A DNA stretch of 64,000 bases from Lama glama (GCA_028534125.1 CM052850.1:2604001-2668000); one strand, 5' to 3'; shown: positions 39,056 through 53,040, counted from the first letter of the stretch. Made by a program: numbers and translations. The notes: generated by a model from the letters alone, not told the origin.

Positions 39056-40800
39056 GAAAAAGCAAAATATTTGAGACCAGAGTCTGTAGAACTCAAAGGT
39101 TCTGATGTCTAGGAGAGACTTGCTGGTTTACTTAGTCATCAGTTCATAAACCCATTTAACAAATACTCATTGACCCCTTTTAACGTGCCAGGCATTGCTC
39201 TCCAGGATTCTGAGGCTCAAGGATAAATCAGACACAGTCAGGGCCTCTAAGTGCTTACAGTTTAAGAGAAAGGGAAGGACCCCCTCATGAAGACCCCTAA
39301 CACGAGGCAGAAAGCGGTGTGAACCCGGAGAGTGCACGTGGGGAGGGGCGGGGCGGGGCGGGGCGGGGGAGGAGCCACAGACCAAGACGGTCCTGTCCCC
39401 TCCCCAGGAAGAAGAACCAGTGGGGTCTCTTTGAAGACACGGAGCTGGAGGCCTGGAGAAGCACCGAGGCACAGGAGTGTCTGGGCTCAGAGGGTGTGAA
39501 AGACAGTGAATGAATTAACCAACCACTCGACATTTTAATTTTCTCTCAGTATATCCAGGATCACAAAGTTCCTAGCAATACCACTTCGATCCTTTGTTTT
39601 CCATAAGATGAGGTCACTTTTCAGCCTGGACAAAAGTCAGATGTGTTGAACTGAATAGACATTAACTCCTACTGGGAAAGTCAGTTGGGGGGGGGGGTCA
39701 GTGTCCAGCCCTGGACGGCAAAGGCGCCCCGCCCCATCGCGGTGTATCTCAGCTCCCACCCCCGGGGCCAGCCCTGCTGCCCAGCCAAGGCCGGCTCCAC
39801 AGAGCATCGCCGTCTGAGGGTAAGAACAACTAACGGAAATACGCCCATCCAGCCACCTGCTTGGCCTCTTGACTCAGAAAACAAAACACAGCCCACACAT
39901 TGCAAAGCTTGCTCAGCCTAGGTGGGCTCTGGCTGATTCATTCATTCAGTAAACATAGAATGAGCACCTTCCACGTGTCAGGCCGGGCATCAGGTGCCAG
40001 GGCGGAGAGGCAGTGCCCGGCGGCATCCTGCACTTACTTGGCGGTCTCCATCCACTCTCCCCCTACGTTTCACCCTGCAGCGAAGCAGGAAAAGCAGCAC
40101 ACAGCCAAAAAGAGCCTGGAGGAACCCTGCCGGCCCAGGGAAGAGAACTCGCTCCCACCCCGCCCACCAGGCTTGCCTCTTGCAGGACTCTGGGTTGGAA
40201 TCATCCGCAGATTAAGCCACCACCTGTCCATCACCACACCCTTTCTCTCCCACTCTCTCCTACGCTGAGCAGCTGGTTACACCCACCTGGTATAAAATAA
40301 TCAGAGTGAATAAGGCAGTCCCATATGATATGGACTTAAGGCCAGTTTTGAAATGTGCATCCGGGCAGACCATGCTGGCTCTGCCCCTGCCAACCCCCAG
40401 AAATTGCACGAAGACCCCACCGACCCTCTATGGCCCCTGTGTTCCCCTCCTTCTCCTTGGCTGTCCTGCAGGGTTCGGCACCACTGACCTCCCCTCCTTC
40501 CCAGAGGTCCCTCTTAGCATCCCAATCTCCACACCTCCCAGTTTCTCACTGTCTGGTCCTTTCCTTACTCATCTCCCTTTATTGTGGGATCACCTCAGGG
40601 GTCTGTCCCCTACCCCTTGACCCTCTCTCTGACTTCTCTCCCTTTGGGGTCATGTCCTACCCACAGTTTCAACTATCCCCACTACTTCCACATCTAGGCT
40701 CTAAACCCTTTCACCTCACTCCTAAATGTGCAGTTAAGGACTGGGCATCTCCATCTGCATTGTCCCTCATCATACCAAACTCAATGTGATTAAAAGTGAT

Positions 40801-41015
40801 TTTGAGATTTGCAGTTACTGACTACTATATATAAAACTGATAAACAACAAGTTTCTACTGTATAGCACAGGGAACTATATTCAATATCTTGTAGTAACCT
40901 ATAGTGAAAAAGAATATGAAAAGGAATATATGTATGTATATGTATGACTGAAACGTTATGCTGTACACCAGAAGTTGACACAACACTGTAAACTTACTAT
41001 TCTTCAACTTTTAAA
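40801..41015 (+). mobile_element. 5'-truncated L1 3' end inserted into an L2
   Basis: TTTGAGATTTGCAG...GTATAGCACAGGGAACTATATTCAATATCTTGTAGTAACC...GCTGTACACCAGAAG; flanked by AAAAGTGA repeats. Confidence 0.88.
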
Positions 41016-42839
41016 AAAGTGAATTCATTCTAATTCCTTCAAAGCAGGCTCCCCCTCCAAACCTTCCACCTTCTATCCAGGTGACATCATCCTCCCAACC
41101 AATCTCTTAACTTCAATGGCTCCTCGCAGCCTAAAACATGGCCAGACTCCTCAGCCTGACAATTCAAGACAATCTGAATTCAACCTCCCTCTCCAACACC
41201 ACCTCCCCGTGTACTGTAGTATTAACATAGTTACAACACATCAGACCCACACCTGCCTCCAAACTCCTGCTCACAGCTCCTGCTTCAGACTGACCCAAGC
41301 ACAGTCTTCCTCTTTTCTGCTGCTCCAGTTCCTGGTATCCCTCAAGGGGTGTGGTTCCCTTCAGTTCTGCCTCCTCCACGAAGCCTTCTGTAGCCTCTCC
41401 AACTCTGACTTTGATTGCTACCTCCTAAAAACTCACAGAAATTTTGGATCGCTCATACATAGCACCTTGTTTACTCACTGCCATTGTTGTCACGGGTGTA
41501 ACCTCACCAGTACACACCTCTTTAATTCTTCAGGTAGGTACACCTTGTCTCCTCCACTGTGGTATAAGCTTCTCCAGTGCAGAAGATGTATCTTCCCCTT
41601 CGTTATTACCCAGAGAGCCCCCATTGCATCATCCTCATAACAGGCCTTTACTAAATACATAGTCAACCAATGAATGTTGGAGCCTCATGCAACTCCTTTT
41701 GGTGAAAAAAGCTTTGGCATCAACCAGGTAGCTGGCCCTTATCTGAGAGGCTGCCCTTCTCCTGTGCCACATTCCGCTGTGCCTCCAAGTCTCCGCTCTG
41801 TTGTCCGAAGTTCCAGCTGTTTCGTGGTTGAGTGTTCATTCTCCCCTTAGTGAGAAAGGATGCTTACCTCTCTCGGAGGAGATCAGGTGACTCTAACTCA
41901 GGGAAAGCTTTTCCAGCATAATAACAGCCTCACCTTCATTTTATCCATCATAAATTATAGGGTTCATTCTCCTCTGGGGAATATCGCCTGCTCTTTAAAA
42001 ACGTAGTTGAATTAAGGTTGGGGGAATCAGTTATTTAAAAGAGACATTCCAATCCCTGCATAGAGAATACTTTCAGATCCCTTTCCACGGAAAATGAAAC
42101 ATAGAATAAAATTCTGCTTAAAAAAAAAAAGCCAACTCCCGTCTTAATCGGTTCTATCTCTTCTCTCTGCAAAAAAGGCAAATGTCACCCTCATGCCTCT
42201 TTCCCTTGTGAAGAATTACACGGGAAGGAGACACAGACACTTTTGACTGTACGCAGACACACTCTAGCTTCTGATCTGATCTCACATTCTGCCAGTCAAG
42301 TGTCCAAACATATACAAGGAATCTTCCTAAGCTGTTGGGAGCTTTCAGACAGGCTTAACACAGTACATTCAAAGGTGAAGAATTACAAGCTCTTTTGAGG
42401 GTTTCTAAATATTCCCAAGGTGCCATTTAAAAATGGGAAAAGTAGAAATATAATTCTCAATCCAAAGAAAGAGTCTGTGAAATACTCCTAAATCCCTTAA
42501 CAAGCCAGTCCCTTCTCCACACACACACAGTCACACTCACGATACGGCCCTTCCCCTTCTTGTTTTTGTTTGGCTTTTTCACATAATCACTCCATCACTC
42601 AGCCACATTCTCCAAAGAAATTCTGCCGGCTGTAAAGTGGTCATGTATTAATATAATCACCCAAAGCTTCCTATTATGCTGTTTTCCCTTTGTTAAAATA
42701 ATCTCCATTCTCCACTAAGTCATAATTTCATATGGCAAATTCGAGGACTGTAAAAAACAAAGAGAAAAACAGACATGTATCAAACAAGTAAAGAATAATT
42801 ATTACAAGGAAAAGTACAGGCAACCAGGTTAATTGTAAC

Positions 42840-43075
42840 AGGTGTTAAACACAGACTGTGCACAACGTGCTGTACTAAGCACTTCGCTTTCCTTATTTCT
42901 CGGAATAATCCCATGTGGTAGGCACTGTTACAGTCTGCATTTGGCACACAAGAAAAGCAAAACTGAAAGACATTAAATAATTTCCCTTAAGGTCAGACGG
43001 GTGGTGAATGACATCACACAGAAAGTCAACCCCAGGTCTGTGTGACTCCAAAGTCCGTTATCTTCACCACCACAC
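42840..43075 (-). mobile_element. MIR SINE
   Basis: GTGCTGTACTAAGCACTT...AAACTGAAAGACATTAAATAATTT...CCCAGGTCTGTGTGACTCCAAAG. Confidence 0.65.
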
Positions 43076-44629
43076 TGCAGGGCCTCTCACTGATACCATT
43101 AATAGAGATCTGGGTAGTCACTTAATTTCATGATGAACCTACGATTTCAAGAGGCAAGAAAATGTCCAGACACCATAGCCAGAGCTGAAGGACACCAGAA
43201 CAAGTGTGGGACAAAGACGAACTCGCACCGCAGTCCTGGCTGAGTTTATTGCCCCGCTTGCAAACATGACAGCAGTAGAGCTGCTGGCTGACTCGCAGGA
43301 GACTACTGGTAGACCAGCCATGACAACAGACTCTCAAGTGCACTGAATTCCAATCCATGCTGGTGTTATTAGCCTGACTTGCTGCCTCATTTCTGCATTG
43401 CCACGTCCTCAGGCACAAACCAAGCAAGGAGAACTGAGTCCTGCTTCGAAAACTGTTGAAACTCTTCAAAACTTCTCAAAATCCAAAGTGTATATTATTG
43501 TGCAAAGTCTGCTCATGATGAACATGGTTTTATCAACCCATTTGCTTATTAGTCAATGAATGGTCAAAGCTACCCCAAATGCCCCAACCCCCGAGCCCCC
43601 TGGTGTGGGTCAGTCTAGGTGGCTACCTGGAAAAGTTATCAGCCAGACTCTGGAGGGGTCACTAAAGGAGGGAAGGGAGGAAGGGAGAGGAGACGATGTT
43701 AGGCAGCAGAGAAGGAGGGTCCGCCGCATGGCGGGCCCAGCTACTACCCAGAGCTCCGTGTTCAGCAAAGCCAGGGGTAGCGCTGTTCCTACCATTCAGG
43801 AATATCGATCTTGATCATTCGGTATGGCTGGAACTTTTTTTCTTTAATGAATGCTGCTGCTGCCAACGCGTGCCACTGAGGGATTCAGCACATTTAAATC
43901 CTCCTGCTTCTCAACTTGTTTTCCTGCCTGCGCTCCAGCAGGTAAGACACCCACAGACTCGCAGTGCTCCGGGCTGTAGAACTCACAGGAGTCTATCATG
44001 TTCAGGTTATTTTTAAACTTTCAGGCCACTTTCCTTCCCCATGAACAGCAGGCCTGCCATTTAGAACAGTGTTTAACCCACACCCCACCTGCTTTGAAAC
44101 TTTAGCTTTTTGTGTTAAAAGAAAAGAAGCAATCCTCCGAGCTCACACATGCACATACACACGCGCGCGCGCACACACACACACCCCTATAAACTGAAGA
44201 CAATCTCCAGATCTCTGAGGTAAAAGACCCAGCTCCCAAAACCGTGGGAAGCCTGTTGAGATGGTATGTGTGAAAATGCCCTGCACACTTAGAGTGTCAA
44301 CACCACGGAGGGAGGCATCACTGTGACAGTTGTAGGGATAGACACCGGGCATTACAGGTGATGCCCAAAGGCACCTCCCTACCTCCCTACCTCCCTACTT
44401 CCAAAAGGGAGCGATGCCAGCACAGTTAAAGCATTCAAGGCCCTTCAGCTGCCTAGGGAGCCAGACAGGAGCTGGCTAAGGGGTGTGAGGTTATAATTTT
44501 CTTCAAATTAAATTTTCTTCAGAAATACTGGAGAAAAGGGAAAGAGATTCTGAAAACAATTCAACAAGAAGAGAGGGGAGCAGAAGAAGGAAAGGAAAAG
44601 TTTCAAAGCAGTAACACAACCTACCATTT

Positions 44630-44810
44630 GTGGAAGGTCTAACTAAGAGGTACTGTGTGTGCGTTACCTTGTTTGATCTGCTTGAGAATTTCCAGAGGCT
44701 TCAACCATTTTTTCAGATGAGGCAACTGAGATCAGAGAAATGGTCCCTAAACTGAGACCACACAGCCAGTAAATGGCAGAGCTAGACTTGGACCTGGACC
44801 CATCTGAGGC
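44630..44810 (-). mobile_element. MIR SINE
   Basis: CCATTTTTTCAGATGAGGCAACTGAG...CACACAGCCAGTAAATGGCAGAGCT. Confidence 0.7.
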
Positions 44811-45539
44811 CAGAAGTCACGAGCTGACCCAGCCCCGCACTGCGAGTGTGGCCTGCACGGTGAGGTTCGAGAATGGTTTCAGCGGCCCGGAGTGGCAGAG
44901 CTCAGGGTCGCTCCGGAGTCGGAGGGGGGTCGGGCAGTGAGCCTCCTCCCCCACCAAAAATAAAAAACTGAAACATCCCTTTTCCTGGAAACTGGAAGGT
45001 TTTGCGTGAGCTACACATCCCCCCCACGGCCACGCAGCTGCCCAGGCTGTGCAGACCAGGACGGCAGAGACAAAACTAATCACAGACAGTCCCCAGATGT
45101 CCTCCCGGGGGTGGTCTACCTCTCAGGCCAAAGGCTGTCGCTTGTAAAGTCCTCTGGTTGCCATACCGCTCCAGGAACCTCCCATCCAATAAAGCAAGCA
45201 GCTTTCCCTCACAGCAAACGTCTTCCCCACAGCTCCCAACACACGGGAGGGATGACTCACTGGAGAGCTTCCTCCTCCTCCTCTCCCCGCTCACCCTCTG
45301 GCTGAGGCGCTGCAAAGTGATAAAATGATCAGGTGGCTCACCACTTTCACAGCTGACTACATTTCAGGGGATTTTTAAAACCAGAGTCTGTTTCCCAGGA
45401 GGCTATAAGGGTGTGTACACATTCTGCTGCATCCGGGGCTCTGCAGGAACTGGCCTCCCTGCCTCCCAGCCTCCCCCACCCTCCACTGCCTAGCCCCAGC
45501 ATCTCCAGTCTGTTCTCTCTGTGCCTTCATCCTCTGCCC

Positions 45540-46380
45540 TTGTCCTTCCCCTCCTCAATGCGCACATCCCTCAGAGCCTGCTTCTGACCGTCTCCTCTGT
45601 GTACACACTCTCTCTTGTGATCTCATCCACCCGATGGCTTCAACCAAACCTATTATCTGGAGGGCTCCCAAATCTTTTCCTGTCCTTTTTAAGGTCTGGT
45701 CCCACATACACAACTGCTCAGATGGACTCCTCCACCCGAATGGCCTGGTAGAGCTGTGAATCAACTGGTTTAAAAAAACCAGCTCATCGGGGGAGGGTAT
45801 AGCTCAGTGGTAGAGTGCCTGCTTAGCATGCACGAAGTCCTGGGTTCAATCTCCAGTACCTCTTCTAAAAATAAAGGGGAAAAAAAACTAATTACATCCT
45901 CCTACAAAAAAAAAAAAGAAAAGAAAAGCCAGCTCCTGATCTTTTCCTCCAAACCAGCCCCTCCCCAGGTCTCTAACTCTGGTGGCCATATCACAGTGTC
46001 CCACTGACTCAGGTATGAAGCTCTGGACTCATCCTGGATCCTTCCTCCCGCCCACCTCCGCCACCAACCCTTCCCTGCGTCCTGTCACTTTTTTTTTTTC
46101 TATTCTACTTTCTCTGTCTTCCTTTCATTCCTATTTGCACTACCACCTCACAAGGTCAGAGCTTTATTCCTCCTCCTTGGAAGCCAAGAAGAGCCTCGCA
46201 ACCCATCTTCCTCTTCCAGGTTCAACCACAACCGTTCATTGCACAGCCCAACTCTGGTCCTAACCCCAGACTGCTATGCGGCAGAATGCAAGAGCATGTT
46301 CAAGGTTGCATCCCCCGTGCCTAGTGCAGTGCCTGCTAAAAAAAAAAAAAATTAAATTTACTTATTGAATGAATAAATGA
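45540..46380 (+). mobile_element. L2 fragments flanking the SINE
   Basis: GTGATCTCATCCACCCGATGGCTTCAA and terminal GTGCCTAGTGCAGTGCCTG...TTGAATGAATAAATGA. Confidence 0.6.
45789..45927 (+). mobile_element. tRNA-Ala-derived SINE (camelid Vic-1-like), inserted into an L2
   Basis: GGGGGAGGGTATAGCTCAGTGGTAGAGTGCCTGCTTAGCATGCACGAAGTCCTGGGTTCAATCTCCAGTACC plus A-rich tail. Degenerate TSD AAAA(A/G)CCAGCTC on both sides. Confidence 0.88.
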
Positions 46381-47399
46381 GTTTTCTACTGCCTATCAAA
46401 TATAACTGTGGAACCAGGCGATCTTACCCTCTTAGGGTCAGAAGCAAACTTAAATGTCATCCCATGGAAGCCCTTATTTTAAGAACCAGGACTGAACGCA
46501 AAGCCCCGCCCCCTCCTCGTCTGTGCACCCAGCAATGTCTCCTATTACTGGGTAGCTATCACCACCCGCTCCGATGAAGCAGGATTCTCACCAGTCCACA
46601 AATACACAAAAACACACTTTCCACAAATCCTCCTGCATATCATTTCTCATTTTCTTTCTCCCTTCTTTCCCGCTTCCTCCGTATCCACCTGTCAAAAAAC
46701 CAGACTGGTTCACACCATACTTTCTCAGCGAAGCATCCTGTGATCTCTTTCTCCTCGGAGAACCGCTGGCACATCGTGTCCTCCTGCCTGGGGTACTGGG
46801 TGTATGGCTCACTTCTCCCCACTACACTGCAAGGGGTTTAATGTATCCATCCTTTTACTGTCCACACAACGAATGCACCGCCTTGGGCATGGTGGATACT
46901 GCACACACGTTATTGAATGAATGAATGGTAAGGCTATGCAAAGCCAAACAGACACAGCCAGGACACGGACCTCTTAGGATCTGTGCCATGATGGGAAAGT
47001 TGTATGGGAAAAGCGAGAAGTGATAAACCTGTTCTGGAGACAGTCAGTTCAGCGCAAAGAAGCTAACCCTAGACTCTCACGTCACAGGCACAAACGCAAC
47101 TTGCAAACATAACCTGACAAGATGAATGACCTGTTGTGCAGAGGCAAACACAGTGGTCGCTGTGAATCTGTACTATTTGGAGTACACAATTTTGTTCTTT
47201 GGTAGAAAAGGAGGGGTGCTTTCAACCCATTTCATTTGATGCATGGGTCTACAAACAGAGCAGAAAGAAGTGGTCTGTGCTAGATAGATGTGTAAATTGA
47301 ATATACAGCTTACCTAATCTAGCCACACACATATCAACCACCTTTTCTAACCCCTCCTTTTAATGGATGAGAAAAGGCATGTAAAAATGGAATGGAGAA

Positions 47400-47628
47400 A
47401 ATGGCTTCTCAGCCTCAGTACTACTGACATTTTTGAGTCAGATAACTCCTTGTCGTGACGGGCTGTCCTGTGCATTACAGGATGTTTAGCAGCACTCTGG
47501 CTTCTTACCACTGGACACCAGATGCACCTCCCACTTATGACAATCAAAAATGTTTCCAGACTGCCAAATGTCCCTTGGAGAAGGGGTGGGGCGCGGGGCA
47601 CAAAACTGCCCCTAGTTGAGATCACTAG
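47400..47628. mobile_element. MER20 hAT-Charlie element
   Basis: TTCTCAGCCTCAGTACTACTGACATTTT...GGGCTGTCCTGTGCATTACAGGATGTTTAGCAGCA...GACAATCAAAAATGTTTCCAGAC...GTTGAGATCACT. Confidence 0.85.
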
Positions 47629-48569
47629 TATAGAATAATTAAATGAGTTTCTTAAGATCACACAACTCGTCAGCATCATAACCAGGAATGCAGTAACTCC
47701 CATAGAATGCTCTTGCAATACCAGGCCTATCTTTCACTTCCCTCCCTCATACCTGATAAGACACGGCCTCTGGATGCCGGAGCAAACTCAGAGCTGAAGG
47801 CCTGGTTTTCTAATGGCCTCAGAGCCCTACATGGTATGAAAAGAGACATTCTTAGCAGAGACAGAAGGGAGAACTCGGGCTGAAGCATGCGAGTGATCGC
47901 AATCCAGTATCATCTGCCTAAGGCTTAGCAACTGGATCTCAGTCAAGTAGCATTTCTCCTGATACTTTGGATGCTAAGAAATGTGGTTACCAGACCCTGT
48001 GGAGAATAGGTTTTCCCCCTCAAATTGGCTTTGTCTTCAGTGAAAACTCCTACACTCATGCTTTCAATTCAGTCCTTTACACCCTCACCCCAGCTTCTCC
48101 TTCTGTTTGCTTCCTCTTCTCATTTTTAATTTTAGAGGAGAGCTTGAGTCCTTCAATTTCGCCTTTCACCAACACCTTCCGTGGCTCCCACTTTGCTTCT
48201 AGAATGTGTCTTCACTACAACTTGAGAACCATCTCCCTGCTTCCAGATTCTGATCTTTCATTCCCTAAAAAGACTCAATCACTTCAGGCAAGATATTTTT
48301 AGAAGCTGCTGGTAAGGACTTGTCAATGATCACTTTTCTAAGTGAACTGCCATTAGCTAAGCACTCGTGTACCATCTGAGGGGGCAGAAAGTAATTGTTC
48401 ATTAATGCACTGCTGTTTCTCCCCTACTGTCTATGCTCAGTCCAGCACTGAGTAGCCTCTCCACTAGGAAAATCACACTTATAAGTCTTGGAGGACTCTG
48501 TGTATGCCCCTAGGAAATATCTTATGCATTCCTATTTCCGAGAATTCTCTTTGTAAAAGTCATTCAAGG

Positions 48570-50151
48570 ATTCAGTACTAGTGAGATGGCAGAATAAGAA
48601 AAACCTCTTGCTAAAAATTTCTAGAAAGCTAGATAAAGTACAGGAATATATTTTCAAATATATTTTAAAACATATATTGCTGAACTTAGAAAATATAAAA
48701 GGAAATTCCTAGGAGGAAATGAAAAACATAGGACTAAGCATGTGAACTGAGACTGCAGCTGCCCCACAGGGCAGCGTGATCAGTTCCGGTAACTTAGAAG
48801 ATTTCACGGATGGGTTTTACACCCATTCAAAAGCAAGAGATAAGGTCTTAAGAGCACGTGTGAACAGAGGTTGAAACTAAGACTCTACATTTAGTTGGGA
48901 CACTTGAAGGACTCAACTCTACAACAAAAAAAGATGATAAGGAACCTTTTATCTCTGATTGAGTAAGAAAAGCAAAAGTCTGAGAAATCAAAACCCAAGA
49001 CTGTGTATGTTACATTGATTTATGAGTTGAATTCATACTACATGTTCAGGACAGTTCAGGACCCTCCTTAAGCCAAAGGAAAAAACAGCCCTCGTAAGTT
49101 TCCTGAGTTAAGTAAGAGAACTAAACAAAACCATTCTAGGAGGCTACTCTTACAACCTAGATTCTACTGCATTTCCGTGGGAAAAACAAGCATGATCAGA
49201 CATGAGCTTGCAATCAAAACTTTTTAATCACACAGGGAAACAATCTACCATAAGGAAAAGTTAGCTGATATAATAAACAAGAGAAGCGAAGCACTAGAGC
49301 TTGAAATAATACAAAAGGTATATAATGAAAGATAATAATAGGATACAATGAAAAAAGTTTTAAGTGGCAAATATAATTTCTTGTCATGAAAAATCCAGTC
49401 ATTGAAATTAAAGGCAGTAGTAGATAAGTTAACTATTATGTTAGACACAACTAAGGAGATTATTAGTGAACAGCAAGGAGACCCCCGAGTACACGGGACA
49501 GAGAGAGGGACAGGTGGAAAATACAGTTAAAGTTAAGAGAAAGGGAGAACAGAACAAAAAAATCCAAAAAATATCAAATGGAAGCTCTAGAAGGAGATAA
49601 TGGAGAAAGACAGTATTTGAAGAGCTAAAAATTAGATTTGCCAGTATTAATGAAAGACATAAATCCTCAGAGTCAAGAATTTCAAAGAGTTCTAAGCAGA
49701 ATGAACAAAAATAAATCCAACTTACATACATTTTAGTGAAATATTGAAAGTTCTAAAATTATGAAGAGAAAATCTTAAAAGCATCCTGAGAGAAAAATAC
49801 AGTTTGCCTACAAGAAACAATAGTTAGATTAGCAGCTATAATAATAGAGGCTAGAAAATAATGGAACAACACCTTCAAGTGCTAAAAATACTCAGTAAAT
49901 TGTTATTCAGAATTGAAGGTGAAATAAAGGCTTTCTCAGAACAGTAAAGTTTTACCACTCAAGTTCAACAGAAATAACTACTGTACAACATTCCTCAAGA
50001 AGGAAATGCAAATGGAAGAAAAGAATGCCATGCAAGAAAATGGCACGATAAGCAAAAGATAATGGTAAATATGAAGGCAAACCTAAAATAAAGATAGATA
50101 AATAGACACACCGATAAATGACACATAAGATAGTTTAATTTGTGAATATGA

Positions 50152-50188
<37 letters not shown>

Positions 50189-53040
50189 ATGAAGCCATAT
50201 CACTAGACAACAGTGCTGTGTAAGGTGGGGAGGGTGACCAGAGGTTAGGTATTGTTCAGGAGGAGTACGGACTTGAAGTCAAGCCATATCTGTGAAGTGA
50301 GGTATGTGACTAAGACATCCATTAAAAATGTTTCTATTCATTCTTGTACTTAAAGTACTAGTCAATGTAATAAGTACAGAAAAAGAAAGAAAAGGCATAT
50401 GGATTGTAAAGGAAAGAACAAAGTTGTCATTAGTTACAGCTGATAATGTCTCCAAACAAAATATGACATATTATGAGGGGAAAAGGCATTCAAAGTAATA
50501 AAAGTTCTACCAGGATGCTGGACACGAAGTAAGTACATGAAAATACAAGCTCTGATACAGCTACCACAAAGAACCAGAAGATACATGATTAAAGAAAAAC
50601 ATCACATAAAGCATCAGAACTGTAAGGCACTTAAAAACAAATCAAACAACAGGTGTGCAGTCAAAGATGCAGAGAGGAATTTTTAACTCTCCTGAGGGAC
50701 TTTAAAGAAGATCTAAGCCTAGGAAGAAACATGTCATGTTCGGGGTTGGAAAAATAGCTTGAAGATTACAATCCTCCCTCAAATAAAACTATAAACTCAG
50801 CTCCAATCAAAATCCCACTTTTAAAATGAAATATGATGAGCTTATTCTAAAAGTAGTATGAATGAATTAAAGGCAAATATCCAAAAGACAACTTGGCAAG
50901 GGTGTGGGGAGGATTTATCCTAGCATATCAAAACTACAAAGCTATAAAAACTGAGTCAGTGAGACAGGGGTGAAAGAGATATACCATTAGACCAGTGGAA
51001 TGAAATAAGATGCCCAGAAACAGTGGAAACAAATTGACTAGTCACTAAATGGTGTTGGAACAAAAGACCAATCATGGGGCAAGGCATGGGGGTGGGGGTG
51101 GGGGGATAAGAGAGAAAATAGAGCCTTCCTCTTTACACAAAAATTATTTCCAGATGAATTAAAAGAGCCAAAAGAGATAAGCAAAACTAAAAATTTTAAT
51201 TTGAAACCAGTACATATGACTTCTTTTTAACTCATTATGTGGAAGGAATTTTCCAACAAGATAAAACAAAACAAAACATCAAGAAAAAAGCATCAAGGAA
51301 AAAAGCAGATAAATTCTACCACACTAATATTAACAACTCTGTGTGACAAAAAGCACCATAAACAAAGTGAAAAAGACAAGCCATGTGAAGGAGAAGATAT
51401 TTATAACCCACAAATCATATCTGGAGTACATGTAAGAGCTCTCATAAATCAGAAGGAAAAAACACACAAACTACATGATAGAAATATGAGGAAAGGGAAT
51501 GAACCTACAATTTATTAAGAAGAAATCCAAATGGCCAATAAATGCTCAATTCCACTAGCAATCAGGGGGAAACAGGGAAGTACAATTCATGTAATAACTG
51601 GATTTCATTTTATACCCGTCAGATTGTCAAACTTTAATAATTCTGACTGTCTCAAGTGTTATGGAAGACAGACAGAAATGGGAACTCCGCATATGGTAGG
51701 AGGGTAGATGGTACAGTCACTCTGGAAGGCAATGTGGTGACACCTAATAAAGCTGGAAATGTGCATTCTAAAACTCAGTGCTTCCACTTTTCGGCACCTA
51801 CCCTAGAGAAAAATCTCACACATGTGCCCAAGAAGACGTGGACAAGGTTGATCATATTAACACTGCTTATAATAGCAAAACTGGAGCGACCTAGCTCCCC
51901 TCAGAAGGGAAGAAAATTAACAACCTGTGATTTATTTATACCATGGAGTTCTATGCAGAAAGTGAAATAATGAACTAAGTGGATGTGTAATAACACTGGT
52001 AAATCTTAAAAACAAGCGTTCGCTTTGCTGCAAGAGGGCACATTCCATACATCATTTACATAAAACTTTAAAACACACAAAAATGCACATATATATTTTA
52101 TGAATACATGCATACGCAGTAAAATTAGAAAAATGCACGTGGTTGTGAAATATCAGTTTCAGAAAAGTGGTGACTTCTGGAGCAAGGGTTAAGGATAGTA
52201 TGTACGTACACCTGTAACAGTTAATTTCTTTATAAATGGGAGAGAGATAAAGTAAATATGGCAAATATTATGATCCATTCATATGGTGGTGGGTCTACGG
52301 AAGTTTCTGAATTGTTTTCTATACTGAATGTCTGAAATGTATCATAATTCAAAAAAATGTGTAAGAGACGTTCAGGAGGTCGTCTTCCTAATTAAAATAC
52401 AAGGAGTTGGCAGAGGTCTGAGCAGTTTCGTCCACTATTGGCAGAGGAGTAGTTAGTACAAACTCTCCAGAGGGAGATGGAAGCAGTATTTCTCAAGGGT
52501 CATAAATACATGCATTGCCTATGCCCCAGTAATTCCAGTTCTAAGAATTCTGTCCTTATGAGATCATGGAACGTGCACACAAATACGCCTTTATAAAATT
52601 GTCCGTTGGACTGTTAATGCCAATATGCAAAACTACAATCCAAATCACAACAATAAGGAGCTGGTTAACATAACATCCAGCCATATAATGAAATAGTTTG
52701 CAATTATTAAAAATCATAGGCTAAAATAAATCATATGGTAAAATAATGTTTAATGACACAGGAAACTGCTCACAGTATATGATTAGTCAGGGAAGCAGGT
52801 TACAAAAGCAATACGTGTGCACTATAATCCGCACTTAGTATAATAAAGTGCATGAAGGTGTGTGTATGTGAGTGTATACGCATGCGTGGGAGCAGGGCAG
52901 AAACCTTAGAAGGAGTATTTATCCCATGTTAGTGATTAACGGTACATGACGGGCTTGTGGATAACATAAATTTTCTTCTCTGTGCTTTTTCATCTTTTCT
53001 ACAATAAACGTAAAATACTTTTGCAATTTCAAAAAAGCCA
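48570..53040 (+). mobile_element. Long decayed L1M block (5' UTR, ORF1, ORF2 and 3' UTR remnants, possibly more than one insertion)
   Basis: Strongly A-rich plus strand. ORF1-like segment at ~49400-50000 (GAGAAAATCTTAAAAGCA), ORF2-like at ~50330-51950 (CAAATGGCCAATAAATGCTCAA), L1ME/MC-like 3' UTRs. No intact ORF. Confidence 0.85.
50154..50183. repeat. (CA)n microsatellite
   Basis: About 15 uninterrupted AC units. Confidence 0.95.

Noticed and set aside
48570-53040. Potentially active full-length L1
   Set aside because: Heavily deleted and stop-riddled; no intact ORF1 or ORF2.
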